A model generated the notes under the pieces. That model was not told the origin of the DNA. It saw nothing but the letters and a program-made list of their open reading frames with translations, and did not search any database. The position numbers were made by a program, and so were the translations under genes. This document shows, piece by piece, positions 36,210-49,386 of a stretch of 64,000 bases of DNA; the stretch's first letter is position 1; each line of letters starts with the position of its first letter. The stretch comes from Microbotryum violaceum (taxonomy: Eukaryota), in the NCBI GenBank assembly GCA_001244265.2, contig CDLV01000005.1, positions 1,178,001 through 1,242,000 on the forward strand, written 5' to 3'.

Positions 36210-37361
36210 TTAGACACACTTGCCGTCCCTGTATGCCCACCCTCGGAAGCAGGAGGTGACTTGGCATTCAGAGTCGTGGCATTGGACGTTCAAGGCGCCG
36301 GGACTGAAGGAAGATAGGGGCTTGGTCAGCTTGACGTGTTCTCCTCGTGGCACTGTTCACATGCGAAGGGCAACGTTGAGGCAGGATGTAAGGGGATAGA
36401 ATACTCACATTGCGAGGCAGTTCTGGCCCGGAAGACCATCACCGACGCAGCCACCGCAAGCGGTAAGAGCGTTGGTCGTGTCGATGCATTCGAAGCCACC
36501 CGTCTTGAGGCGGCAAGCCTTCTCGCCATCAGGGCACGTCTCGGCCTCGGGGTCGATGGGAGGTAAAGCCGAAGGATTGGACGACAGGACGTCTTGCGAA
36601 GCTTGGGCGGCATGAGGGTGCGAGATCCACTTCTTGACCTTTCGGCGCGAGCGGGCGCTCATCGTCGAGGGCATGACACAGCCGTTGCCACCGTTCGAGA
36701 CGAAGGGGGACACGCACTTGCAGAACGAGTTGCCCGAACCGGTCGGGGTGATGACGTTGGGGCTCGGGCAGTCACTGATCTTGACGCATTGGCCGGTGAT
36801 GGGGTCCTGTAGATATGAGATCAACGTCCATGGTTAGAGGGTCGGAGAGCAATGACTGCGGCGTGCGCAAGGAAGACAAAAAACTCACAGAGTAGTAGTC
36901 CGAGTCACATGCGCATGCACATTGCCCTTTGGCGCAGATGGCATGCGAGTTGGCCGGGCAAGGAGAGCAAACGCTCTGGCTTTGAAACTGAGAAGATGTG
37001 CCAAAATTGAAGGAGAGTCAGCGCCTCGGATGAGCGAAGGCGAGCCTCGTCAAGGTCAGCGTGGACTAACGATGTTGTTGACGAGATCAAGAGCGTTGAC
37101 GCAGGCGCACACGCGGGCGAGGGTGATGCCAAGAACGTTAATAACAGAAGTGATGCCGAGGGTGGACGAGGGGCAGCGTGTTGTTGAGAGCACGTTGGCG
37201 AACGCATCGATGTTGACGAGCGCACCGTCCTGGAACAGCCCGAGATCGAGGTCGGCGCCGAGGAGGTTGCCAACATTGATATCTATCGGTAAGCTGACGA
37301 GGGAGTGGGCCGAGGCGGCGAACAGAGAAGTAGCGACGAATACTACTCGTGAGAGGAGCAT
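36210..37361 (-). CDS. Secreted Cys-rich PriA/CPL1-like protein
   Basis: Signal peptide MLLSRVVFVATSLFAASAHS, Cys-rich exons ('CSPCPANSHAICAKGQCACACDSDYY'), and C-terminal 'CPDGEKAC...GFECIDTTNALTACGGC...GQNCLA...PGALNVQCHDSECQVTSCFRGWAYRDGKCV*', the typical PriA/CPL1 pattern. Confidence 0.85.
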
Positions 37362-39683
37362 AGTGGCCAGGGGCGATCCGTGCGTGTTAAAAGACGGGAA
37401 TCAGGGGAAGATCGAAGATCGAAGCAAGGGCAGGGTTTGCCAAGTGGGGCTGAAAGGAGTGTAGGTCGACTTAGTTCAGTCGGGGTGTGGGGAGTGGGTG
37501 CAGATGTGCAGACGAAGTGTGGATAAGTTCAGAAGAAGGAGTGGAAAGGAAAAAAATCAAGGAGGGGAGAAACTCGAAGTTGTTCAAAACCACCCGTCTT
37601 CGATATCGAGGGAAGCTTGAGCCGGCCGTGCGTTCGGGCAGCTCGGGGGCCAACGAGCAAAAATGGAATCGGGTCACTTTTCATCCCGAGAAGCCACTTC
37701 GGAACTGCTTTCATTAAGCATCGTCTTCCTGGGATACCTAAACAAGAAGGTCTTAATCCAAGGAGATGGAGCTATGCCTGACGGGGCAGCATTGTACCTC
37801 GCCGCTAGTCCATGCACTGGCGGCACTGCCGAGGCTCATGATCGTGAGCCCGCGAGATGCCGTGCTCGCGGCGACCGAGCTCTGCCCAGGATTTAGACAT
37901 TCGCCGGCGGCAAGGGCCGCGGCGGGGTGACGTATGTACTAAAGAGGTGCGGGCCGACAGTGCGATGCTTGCAATAATGAAAAAGCTTCGGAGCTTGAGT
38001 GGTCTTATCAGAGGAACGCTCCTGTCGTGGGTCGTGAAAGAGCGAACTAAGGCCAGTCCAGGAAAGAGTCGGGAATGCGGGAGGTGAGGTGCGTGCGCTT
38101 TGGCTTTTTGATCGAGCGAAGTCGCCTCCGGTTGCCGGCCTGCTGGACTCCGCAGCGAGTGTCACCACTGCCCAGCCGCGCCGGCGCGCGCACGGGATTT
38201 CTGTCGGCTCCCGCGAGGGTTGAAGGAGCCCTCATTTAACCACAAGCTCCGATGTCAGCATCCACCTTGTAGGCGGAAACTGCCGTGCCGCAGGCGCCAC
38301 TCCGACCCCTTCGGCTTGGCTTCCCGTCCGGTGCCTGAAGTGACCACCTCTGCCGGTAGCCATACGTACGTTTCACAAGCAAATAACGCAAGAGGTGCCG
38401 CGCTTGACAGCGCCTCTTCGATGGGTTCCTGTCATCTCAGCTTGAAAGGTACCCCAGGCCTTGGTTACAAGCCCACTGCAGCAGAGTTCTTACCTCTCGG
38501 CCGCGGTACGCGTTACATACCTCGCTCGACTCAGGACCAAGCTCCTCTGTAGCCAAGCCTACGACGTCTTCACAGTCCAAGAAGATCCTTTCAATTTTGC
38601 GCATAAGCAAGTAGTAAATATAAGGCAGCTGTACCTCAAGCAGTGGGGCCAGAAAGTGGGTGCATTGCGCTCCGGTCGACCGGGGAAAACCCGCCGTTCG
38701 GGAAAAGGGCCCTTCTCCGAGTCGCTGGCCCGAATCACAGAGCAAACGTACACAACACTAGGTACAGCTTGGTAAAGTGCGAAGCATTTTAGGGTCCTTG
38801 GTGGTGCCGAATGAAGGCTCTATCCTCGGGGGAAAAACCTCGCAGTAAATCATGAGTGTAGCACAGGCCATTTTAGTCGCAGGGATGGTCGGGCAAAGGT
38901 GTTCAATGTGGGTTGGCTCGGATTAAACTCTTGAGCTTCAAAGCCAAAGCACCTTGGGAAAGCTCGCACGGATCCGAGGTCGGTTACCCAGAATGGCAGG
39001 CTAGTCAAAATGGGGATTACTCGGGACCTTAACCTCGTCTGAAGAGGCGCCGGCTCGCCGCGCGCGCGCACTTGCTTGAACGGCCACCGCCGCTGCCTAC
39101 CACAAGAAGAATGCGCGTATGATTTATCGTGAGGTTACGACGCCTTTCTACACTATCTTCCAATTTCATCAAGGTCTTGGCCAGCTCCGCTCGTAACCCC
39201 CGGACCGCGGAAGAAAGAAACAAAAAACGACGCGAGCCTGAGATGCTTATCTGATGAAGGTGTTTTGTGGTGCAAGCTTTCAGGCAGCTGTATATACAGA
39301 GCCAGATCGGGTTGTGACGTGTTTAACGCCATCCGCTAGCTCAAGGTCGCCGAGGGTGTATATTTGGATCATGGGGTTCGGGGATCCGCGCGAACCAAAG
39401 TAAAGGGGACCGGAAAACCCTTTCCGCCCTGGCCGGCCACACTTACTAAGAGCAGGATTGGCATCACGCCTGAACTTTCCCTGGAAACTCATTCAGAGCG
39501 TCGGAAGGGTTTACAGTGAAGCACACATCACTAGCTGCTGAGGACTCCGGAGTTCTCGGAGTGGTCGCCGACACTCGAGAGATACATCTTTGCTACGATT
39601 ACGAGGCTGTGTACGCCATTTTTGATCAGATACTATCCGGTACCCCATGTTTAGGTCCCTATTCTTTTCCAGAAGAACTCGAC

Positions 39684-40978
39684 TCAGTCTTGCCTTGCGG
39701 CTAAGGCCTTGTTGTACGATTCCCGGGTCAAGACGAACGTTCTCGGTTCCAGACTGATCGGCCAAATCGTCGCCACCACCTTGTCCAACCCGGACCTAGG
39801 TCGAGGATGCGTGGGTTTCCCAATGATGGGGACCTCCAATTCGGATCCTTTGGGTACGGCTTGGTAACTGTTCTTCTTGAGGCGCCGAGCGAAAGCAGCT
39901 TCGGGGACGGGTCGGCAAGCGATGACGAGTTTGGTCGTCTCGGGGGATTCAAAGGCGTAGTCCGCGACGAAGTCGAGCAGATCGTCTTCGATGTCTGCAG
40001 GTCGGAACGAGAGCGAGGTGGCGAATCGACGAATGTGGAGTACACCTTTAGGTAAAGGAGTCGAGGCGATGGGCTTGGTCGAAGGGGGTGTCCCGAGCGA
40101 GGGGGTCGGGGGAGTCAGAGACAGGCTCGGAGCATCAGATTTCTTCGAGTTGCGCTGTCGAAGCAAGGTGCCCGTCGTCGCATCGGCAGCAGTCGACTGT
40201 ACTGAATCGGGGCCATCGATCTTGTGGTTGTTGTCCACGGTCAAGTCGACGACCGAGTTCAAATTCTGGCCTGGCTTGCGACCGTCGAGCGTGACGAGAC
40301 CGATGATGCGCTGATCGTACTCGAGGACCCAAGCCCCCTTCCTGCCCGTTTCGGAATCGTTCATCTTTTCGGCACTGCCATAGTAGCCTTCGATATCACG
40401 CATGTCCTCCTCTCCGATCGCACGTTGGACCTCGTCTTCGAACCGGGGGCGGTGGACCATCTCAAAGAGCGCGAGCAGGATAATCGGTGGGGCGATGAAC
40501 AGAGGCAAGGACGTGAGCCATTCGGTGCCGTGATGGATCAAAGAGCTGTCATGATAGGCCGGTACGGGGTACCGACCCATGGATACGAGGTACCGCAGCG
40601 AACTCGGCCATCCTTTGCCGATCATGGTGACGAAGAATTGGGTCAGGACGGCCCATCCGAGCAAGCCGAGGGGGCTGAAGAGGGCGGCCGAGTTGGAACT
40701 GGCCGAACTGTGGAAGATTAGGAAAGCGATGAATCACCTGTTATATTTTATGTAGGATGCTTGGTAGATCCTGGACCTACGGCTCCTGAAGCTGGGCTCC
40801 GAGCAGGAATCGGAAAACCTTTAGGTCACTCGATGCCTTGAACGGTCGAATCTTGGCCGACGGTGTCGAGGATGAAGGAGTAGCTGCAATATGGAGAGAG
40901 TCAACTTGATGAGCTGTTGCTGTCCGACAGTAGACCAAGGTGACATGGCCGGGGTCTGAACGAACCCATCTCTGCCAT
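39684..40978 (-). CDS. Membrane-associated GNAT acetyltransferase (NAT8/camello-like)
   Basis: 'KIRPFKASSDLKVFRFLL', a hydrophobic insert, 'EDMRDIEGYY', 'AWVLEYDQRIIGLV' and 'LHIRRFATSLSFRPADIEDDLLDFV'. The first exon ATGGCAGAGATGG|GT at 40978 is inferred. Confidence 0.7.
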
Positions 40979-41592
40979 TGATCCAGATGAGACAACACGA
41001 GACCGTGGTGTATGGCCGTGCAGATTCCTGTCGAATTAGAGAGATGTTTGATAAGTAGTGATAGATAGGAGAAAACTTGGGCACGATACGACTTGCCTGC
41101 CTGGTGTAGTGCAGCTGCGAAAGCCAAAAGCCGGAGGAGAGAGACGAAGCGAGAGAGAGAGCTCTCGAGCAAAGTGCACGTGCGCTCGGTGACCGAGTCT
41201 GAGTGGGAGCTTCGGCGGAGGCTGGCTGACGGTCGGAACGATCTCGCGGGGGCTGCAACAGGTGCAAGGGACGAAGGACGGGGAAGAGGATGAGCAGAAA
41301 AGGAGGGTCCTTGCGGTGGCAGCAAGAGAGAGAGACGTGTGCAGGGCGATCCGCGTGAAACAAGCTTCGAAGACAGAAACACTGCAGGAAAAGTGATCGG
41401 CCGAGAGCGCGGTCGAATGCCGGGTCGAGGCACGTGCGCCGAGCAACAGCGTGGGGCTAATCCCGCCATAACCGGCCATAACCAAGTTTCGGAATTGTAA
41501 GCAACAAATGCAGGTGCGGACTCGGTCCTCTCCGAAACTCTGCGAGCCGTTCACTCCCACGCTACGCGCACACGATAGCACATCATCCGACC

Positions 41593-43107
41593 ATGTTGTT
41601 CGACACCCCACTCCTCTCCAACCTACCACCCATCGCGTCATCGTCAACCGCACCGAATGGCACCAAGAAGCGACCGCGCGCCGAGTCGGCTGCGAAGGGC
41701 CAGGCCACGGCCGAAGCTGGGATGAACCTCGACAAGCTCATGAGGAAGATGAAGGGCATGGACACAGCAAAGGGAACAAACGCCAACTCGACACCCGTCA
41801 ACTCATCCCTGCGACAGAAGAAGGATCCATCGACGTCGAACGCTGGTCGTGCTTCGCAAACCCGCAAGGAGCGGTCTTCGAAGGGACCTATCGATCCATC
41901 ACCTCACAGCAACAAGAACGTTAAGAAGCACGAACAAGACAATCCGCATGCTCCCAAAGACGCTGCACCGAAATCTTCATCCTCTTCGGCGCCTCTACGG
42001 GAATCCTCTTTGAAGAACAAAAAGAAGCACAAATCCCGACACGATCCTCAACCTACTGCTGCACAAGATTCCGAAAACGATTCGACATCTACTCCAATCA
42101 TGCCTCGCACCCATGCTGCACCCAACTTTGACGAAAAGCCAGTCGAAGGCTCCTCATCCGCAGGCTCGACTGCGCAGACCTCGCTGCAGGCTTCGTTGAG
42201 GGCCAAGCTGGCCGGAGGTAAATTTAGGATGCTCAACGAGACGCTCTACACTACCACGGGTGAACAAGCTTGGTCCGCAATGAAGGAGGATGGCGCGTTC
42301 GACGATGTGAGTCGACCAGCAAGCAGATTCTCCGACTGTGATCTTCTTTGGTCAATTGTTAAGTCCGTGTTCGTTTCACTGCAGTACCACGCTGGATTCC
42401 GGTCCCAAGCCGCAGGGTGGCCCGTTCATCCCCTTACCTTGATCAAGAAGCAGCTCTCGACTTCCCTACCCGCGCTGTCACTCGTCGCCGATTTCGGCTG
42501 CGGCGACGCGACCCTCGCTCGCGACCTCGCCAAAGACACGCTCAAGAAGGAGCTCAAGGTCATCTCGTTTGATCTCGTGTCCAAAGATGGATGGGTTGTT
42601 GAGGCGGAATGCTCAAGCGTTCCACTTCCCGGTGGGAGGCACGGTGGACAGATCGTCGATGTTGTTGTTTGTTGCCTAAGTCTGATGGGGACCGATTGGG
42701 TAAAGATGATCAGGGAGAGCTGGAGGGTGTTGAAGCCTGGGTTAGTGGACTGACTTTACCCAAGGATATGCATGTGCAGTATACTTACCACCCGATTTGA
42801 CACGCGTGCAGAGGTCAGCTCAAGATCGCCGAGGTCTCGAGCAGGTTCACAGATATTGATGGATTTGTGGCGCTCGTCTCGTCAATTGGCTTCAAATCGA
42901 CGAGCAAGGTGAGGAACTCGGACGAAACTTGGCACGAAAGATTTTTTTGCTGACTACAAGAGCTTTCTGTATTGCTAGGACACGTCCAACACTCACTTCA
43001 TCATGTTCGACTTTGTCAAGGCCGGGGAGGAGGTCGTCTCGAAGCAGGCCGAGGTTACCAAGAAAGCTTCGAGTCTGTTGCGACCTTGTATCTACAAGAA
43101 GCGATGA
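41593..43107 (+). CDS. RRP8: 25S rRNA adenine-N1 methyltransferase Rrp8
   Basis: 'KLAGGKFRMLNETLYT', 'YHAGFRSQAAGWPVHP', 'VADFGCGDA', 'DVVVCCLSLMGTDW', 'LKIAEVSSRF' and C-terminal 'LRPCIYKKR*'. Confidence 0.95.
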
Positions 43108-43834
43108 TCTGAAACGAAGATATTGTCGAACTCTCAGTCAAGACACTGCCACCGTAGTGATAAGATTTCCTTTTTCGGGAGAGCCAGTCGGCACGACCAA
43201 CTGAGAGTGACGATCTGTGCGCCGTGCCCGACCAAGCGCGCTATTGTGACAGCGGACAGGCCTGTGGGGAAATTTCTGATTGGAGCATGATCGGCGATAC
43301 AGGATGAGTTCAACCTCCATCGAATGCGACTGAATGCGCCTTGCACGGAGCACCGTTGTGATAGGGGCTACCCATCGAGCGGCACGCGCCCACGATAGCG
43401 CTAACGAAGGTTCTCGGGCCAGAGCCGCGGTCTGTTATCCGGCGGCGATGAATTGATGATGATCACGCTTCACAAATGGTTCAACAACGAGCCCCTGACC
43501 ATAAAGTGTCCGTGTGCTGTTCATCTATTGATCCCGTACCAAGCTCTTTGTATGTAGACGGTCGTGATAGTCGCGATGAATTGTTCGGATCCGGATTCGA
43601 TTAAATTGGGTTCCCACCTGCCCGAAAAGACGAAAGACGTCAGCAGCCGTGGCCAAGGCAGCAGCGGCAAGACGACCGGTCCCGGGCGGTCACTCGCTGT
43701 CACGCGCCTCACGGCCTCACGGCTCTCACGCCGTCTCCCCCGCATCGCCTTCGCTTAGCCGGGGTTTTCGCCTGCTCTTGCACTCTTGTTTTCGCCCCCT
43801 ACATTGATCGTCGGGAAGTGGTCGGACAGACACG

Positions 43835-45274
43835 ATGTCAAAGTCACCCAGTATTACGGTCGACTCACCTAGCGTACCACGGGACAGCGTCTCGGCTGCA
43901 GACTCATCGTTGAGCCCATCCAACATCGCAGTCGTCGGCGCGTTCGTCTCCCCACCGAGGTCTCGCAGTGTCTCCGGCTCCGGTTCAGCTGTCGAAGACG
44001 ACCCATCCCACCGGCACCCCGGCATCCTTCACTCCCCACAAGACCGATCGGACTCCCCGTCAAGGACATCAAGACCTTCCAACGTTTTGCCGGCGCAGAT
44101 TCGATCTGTGTCGAGACCGTCACCCGTTGTGCCGTCGCCTTCGGTTCCGAGCTCGCCTGCGTCCTTCTCACGGCCAGCCTCGCCGAGACCGACGTCGGGG
44201 CGACATGGCTATTCTCAGGACGACGCGACATCACCGACAAGGGAGAGAGGTCATTTTTATTCTCATCATCCCAACCATGAATTGCACGCCCCCGTCGCCT
44301 CGAACCCCATCAGTCGAACCAACTCGGGCCTCGATCTGTCCCATATCTTTGAGCGAGGTGGGTGGGGGACGCGTTCCGATGAGTCGGACTTTGCTGGCTC
44401 ATTGTGCCATGATGACTGACCCGATTCTTGGTAATTCTGTCTCACCCTGGCAGATGTTGAGTTCAACGCGACACATCAGATCAGCCCTCAGGAGGCGGTC
44501 GACGTCGCCGTCGCTCCTGTGCTCGACGAAGCCGTCGTGGCCTTATCCTCGCCTGGGATGACACCCGACATCGCCTCACTCGTGCACGACTCGGAAGAAG
44601 CCGCACTGGTGGGCTCAGGCTGGTCCTCACCCATTCATGCGGTCGCGATTCCCTCCTCGTCCTCGATTGGTATCGGCCCTGACGCGTCGGCGTCGCGATC
44701 ACCCGTGCGAAGTTCCCAAATGCGATCCTTTTCCCCCGACTCGACCAGCGACAGTGCAAGAGGCGCGAGTCCTGAAAGTATTGCCAGCTTCAGTGTCGGC
44801 ACCCCACCCGACGACCGCTCGACCTTTGCCCCCTTCTCGCAAATCCTTTCCGAGGCGCTCGAGCAAGAGGCCCAGAAACGGCACCCATCCGAGATGGGGC
44901 CGACCTCGTCCCCTCCTCTAGCGGCCGGGGTGAACAAGCTCGTGCCTCCCGTACCGTTCTCCTTGGCGGCCGGTGGCGGCAGTCTACACGATGCAGCGGG
45001 CGCGCAGATTTCGCCGAGTCCGTCATTCAACGCTTTGGCTGGTGTCAAGGACGAGCGTCGCCGACTGTCATTCGTATCCTATGCGGGTAAGTCAAGAGGA
45101 AACACTATCCCTAAGCTATGTGTACTTACTTGATTTGATTCGTCAGACGTAATCAATGAGGAGCGACTCGCCGAGTTGACGGGCGCGCCGCAGGGAGGCG
45201 AGCCGACGGAGAATGCCGTGGACCTAGCTACGGTGCTGGACCGCTTGGACTTGGCGAGTCAAGAGAGCCATTGA
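43835..45274 (+). CDS. Hypothetical Ser/Pro-rich protein (3 exons)
   Basis: In-frame spliced ORFs with islands 'LDLSHIFER|DVEF', 'EAVDVAVAPVLDEAV' and 'RRLSFVSYA|DVINEE' that look like conserved fungal motifs. No family recognised. Confidence 0.75.
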
Positions 45275-46215
45275 TCTTGGGAGCATATGGCAGTCTGATA
45301 TAATGATGAGGATATGTTCCGACCCAGTATCTTTGGGTGTCTTTGTGTGGGGGGGGGCAGAGTATCCACTTACGTCGAGATTGGAGGGAGGATTCTCTCC
45401 TCTCGTCTCTTTCTCTTCTGTACACCTACCGATCATGCTTGTGTTCTTTCTTTCTCTGTTTCTTCTTCTTTGGGTGGAAGGGAGAGGGCTTCTTTTCTTT
45501 CTGCAATTGGCCCAAGACGTTTTACCTTGCTGGTCACGCGGTCACGTGCCGTCGATCTGGGCTCCTACGTCACTGCACCTTGGCTGCTTGCGCCCGTTCG
45601 GGCGATCCTGCATAGGAGCCGATCCTCGACCGAAGCAACGCCTCTCAGGAGCGCATCAAAAAGTGGAGTCTGTACCGGACGTTGGTTCGTTCCAAATCGG
45701 GCGAGAGTCACCATTCGCTCCGAGACAAAAGTGAATGCTTCTAGATCATGATGGGCAGAAATGATTCAGTGCGTCATCGTGCTTGCTTCGTCCGAGCCCT
45801 CGTTGACTGCGATGGCAACAAAGGCAGACAAGCGCCGGGACGTCTGCGTGGTTCACTGCCAGTCGTATTCCCGAGTCCCGCCGGGTCGTCGGTCCAGCTG
45901 CTCGGTCGATCGTCCTTGAGGCGGTTGAGACAGTTACTTGGCCTCAGCTTCCCTTTGGACAACTCTTCTTAGTACAATCGGCCTCTCCTCTTCCAGATCT
46001 CTTGTGAGTTTTGTCAACAAGGTCCGACCGTCTCGTTCTGAGCTCGGACCTTTTCTCCGCCAACGGGGACTCTAATCAGGCCTGATACAAAAAAAAAGCT
46101 CACGTGAGTGCTCGCGCGCGAGCCAAGCTCCCACCCACCCATCACACCAGCCAACCCTGCCAGCAGCTGCCACTGCACTGGCGCCAGGCCAGAATTCCAG
46201 CAGGCCCATCGGGAG

Positions 46216-46478
46216 AGGACCCTCGAAAGCCCAGCCTGAGGCGCGTAGGTAAAGAGTGGACAATTTTTTGGCCCTAGAAAAGCCAAAATCGCATTTTTGG
46301 TGATGTTGTAGAGCACATCTGAAGCAATTCTAGAGCTATTGTTGGACGACCGTAGGACTGGACACTTGAAGGACATTTTTGGGCGAATACACCAAAAAAG
46401 GGTGGACAAATGAAGTCCAAAATCTGGGATTTTGGCGGATTTTACCTACGCGCCTCAGGCTGGGCTTTCGGGGGTCCT
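46216..46478. mobile_element. Non-autonomous TIR DNA transposon (MITE), copy 2, 263 bp, opposite orientation to copy 1
   Basis: 38-bp TIRs AGGACCCTCGAAAGCCCAGCCTGAGGCGCGTAGGTAAA (1 mismatch between ends). Exact 8-bp TSD ATCGGGAG at 46208-46215 and 46479-46486. Confidence 0.93.
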
Positions 46479-46574
46479 ATCGGGAGGAGCATACACTCAG
46501 GCATGTTGCGCCCCTCACACGCGAGCGTCTCCTGACCAGCCCCCGTACGCCCGAGTGGGTACATCACCTCTGTC

Positions 46575-46626
46575 TCACATCGTCACATCGTCACATCATC
46601 ACATCGTCACATCGTCACATCGTCAC
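46575..46626. repeat. 8-bp tandem repeat (TCACATCG) x about 6.5 upstream of BEM1
   Basis: Directly visible, with one variant unit TCACATCA. Confidence 0.9.
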
Positions 46627-46963
46627 TGTGAGTCTCTAGAGCGTTCACCTGATCGAGTCACGTCGTGGGCGTCACAACAACGATAGGGAGCGTATTGCCC
46701 TGGCAGCGGCGGGCGTCGGGCGAGTCGTGTTTATTCAACCGTGGGCGATCGTCGGCCTCGCCCCTGTCGACGACGCCGCTCGTGTACAACCTAGTGGCGC
46801 TACATGGCTACTCTGGTCTCGTTGCAGTCCTATCGTGATACGCACTGACACCGCTCTTGCTCTGCATCCCGGAATGCACACAGCTTTGGGGCTCGCTCTG
46901 GACGCCCCTTGTCGACGACCACCCCAGTCAGCCGCCTCAATCGGCACCGCCACCTTTCGTGCG

Positions 46964-49386
46964 ATGAAGAACATTCGACGATCGCTCAACAAGGAGCGCA
47001 TCGGGGCACCAACACCGACCTACTCGTCGCTGCCGACCGCGAGCTTCCCTGCTTCCGGTCCAGCCGCGGTCGCGGTCGTTAAAGGTGGCGCATCGTCACC
47101 AGCACCCGCTGCCAACGCGACCACCCCGGCCGTAGCCCCGACACCTCCAAAGCGAGTCATCCGTGCCGTCGAGTCGTACCGGGCAAGGTCATCACAGGAA
47201 CTCTCGTTCGAAGCTGGCGACTTCTTTCACGTCGTGAGCGACGAAGGCGGCGACGAATGGTTCGACGCTGCGAACCCGCTCACAGGGGCTAGAGGGCTCG
47301 TCCCGGCATCGCACTTCCAGGTCCTCGGTAGGAACGTCAGGGAGAACGCCACACCGGGGCATCAGGTCAAAAAATCGGGTTCGGGGTCCAACTCGGGGTC
47401 GGGGTCGTCTTTTTCGAACGGACCGCCGCTGCCGGCGTCGACGAGTGGCTCGTATTCGTCCTCATCACAACCGGGGTCATCGAGAGTCATGAGCATCAAC
47501 AACGGCTACGTTGCCAGTCCGGTATCGGCCTCGCATATGTCCGCATCTGCTTCGGCTCCACCGCTGCAGCACCAGCAACAACATCAGAAGCAGCAGCGCT
47601 CGTCAGGGTCAGCTCGGCCCCCTTCGCAACCGGCCCCCAAGCAGCAACCCTTGTACGGCATCGTGCAATACGACTTTGTCGCCGAACGGGCCGACGAGCT
47701 CGATGCCAAGCGCGGCGAACCCATCATCGTGATCGCGCAATCGAACCACGAATGGTTCGTCGCCAAGCCGATCGGTCGCCTCGGTGGACCGGGCCTGATC
47801 CCCGTCGCCTTCGTCGAGATCCAGGACATGACGACGGGCAAACCGGTCGAGAACGTCGAGGAGCTGATCCGGAGTGCGGTCGTGCCCAAAGTCGAGGAAT
47901 GGAAAAAGATGACGGCCGATTACAAGAGCGCGTCGATCCCGCTCGGTCGATTCGATTTCGGTAGTAGCAATGGAGGGGGTCATTCCGTACAGTCTTCGCC
48001 TGCATCTAGCCCTGCACCGAATGCAGCAAGCTTTGAGGGGACTTCGCAAGCTGGTGCTTCGTCTTCGAGAGCGTACGAGGAATCCGACGATCGGACGCCG
48101 CAACATGCGCACCAGCAGAGATTCCAGGAAGATCCGGCACCGCAACAGGCCGAGACAGGGTACGAAGGCGATGAGCGGCGATACTCATATACAAAGGAAC
48201 GAAAGCAGTACGGTCTCGTCACATCGGCCTCGGTCGAATCTTTCCACCAGGAAGAAGGGTCGTTCTGGTTCCACCTGCGCGTCTTCTTCTCGACAGGCGC
48301 CTCGCTCGTTCTCTACCGCCTTTACCAGGATTTTTACGACTTCCAAATCGCCCTCATGGACGAGTTCCCCGTCGAAGCGGGTCGCGTACCTGCACCTGGA
48401 GACCCTTCGGGACGTATCGCCGAACGAATTTTGCCGATGATGCCCGGCCCTACTGATTACGAGGATGAAGTCGTGTGCGCGCAACGCGTTCACGACCTCA
48501 GCGTCTACCTCAACGACCTATGTCAACTCCCGGGACATATCCGTACGAGTGGTTTGATGTACGAGTTCTTGGTCCCGAGGGCCGGGGACGTGGAAGTCTC
48601 GGCTGGGAACGGGAAGGGGAACGAACCCGGAGGTGGGGCGTCCAATTCGATCGAAGGACAATATGGCGAGTTGGTCGAGTACCTCGACCAGATGGATGGT
48701 GGGGCCGCACCGAATGGATTCACGGGGCTCAAGAGATCTGGGGTGGAGAGTGATTTGGCGAGGTTGGATTTGAATGGCGGGCAGAATGAACCAAGGTCCC
48801 ATTCGAGTCGGTCCAATAGGTCCTCCGGTAGTCGTGAGTCGATCGGAAATTGCTTTGGGGGCACGCGCTGGTGCTTTTTTTACTGACCTGGATTTCTTAA
48901 GTAGAACAAGCCTCTTTCCAACAAGCCTATTACATAAACCCATCCTCGCAACCGCCCGCTTCACCTCTCGTCAACGCATCCTCCCTCGCACCTCATTTGG
49001 CTCCCATGGGCAAGGCCCATCAAGGCGCCGCCTTTATCAAGATCAAGATCTTCCACCGCAACACCGACGACCTCATTGCGATACGAGTACCCCCGACCGT
49101 GACGCACGGTGCCCTGCTCGACAAAGTGCGCGAACGTCTCGGCAATGATGTCGTCAACTTGCGGTATCGTGAGGAGGTCGGTTCGGAAACGTCCAGTCCT
49201 GTCCCTGGCGCTGTCGTCATGGCTGGTGGTGCGAGGTTGGTCGGGCTGGAGACTGATGATGAATTGGAACGATGGGTGCGGAGTGGGAATCGGTTGGTTC
49301 TGGTCAGTTCACTTCCCATCTTCATGATCTACCACCGCAAGAGCTATATGCTGACCGCGACATTCTCTTTATAGTACGCGGATTAG
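46964..49386 (+). CDS. BEM1: Polarity scaffold Bem1/Scd2 (SH3-SH3-PX-PB1)
   Basis: SH3 'PPKRVIRAVESY...ELSFEAGDFFHV...GARGLVP', SH3 'YGIVQYDFVAERADELDAKRGEPIIVIAQSNHEWFVAKPIGRLGGPGLIP', PX 'LYRLYQDFYDFQIALMDEFPVEAG' and PB1 'IKIKIFHRNTDDLIAIRV'. Confidence 0.96.

Noticed and set aside
39511..39650. Short minus-strand ORF ending in CASL* (CAAX-like), a possible pheromone precursor
   Set aside because: It has no repeated peptide units or processing sites, and lies in the GNAT gene's 3' region. A chance match is likely.
43445..43510. TGATGA...CTGA box-like pair downstream of RRP8
   Set aside because: The boxes are only about 35 nt apart, with no terminal stem and no recognisable guide.
46575..46626. 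Short tandem repeats (also 24462-24553) as a possible CRISPR array
   Set aside because: There are no unique spacers or cas genes, and the context is eukaryotic.
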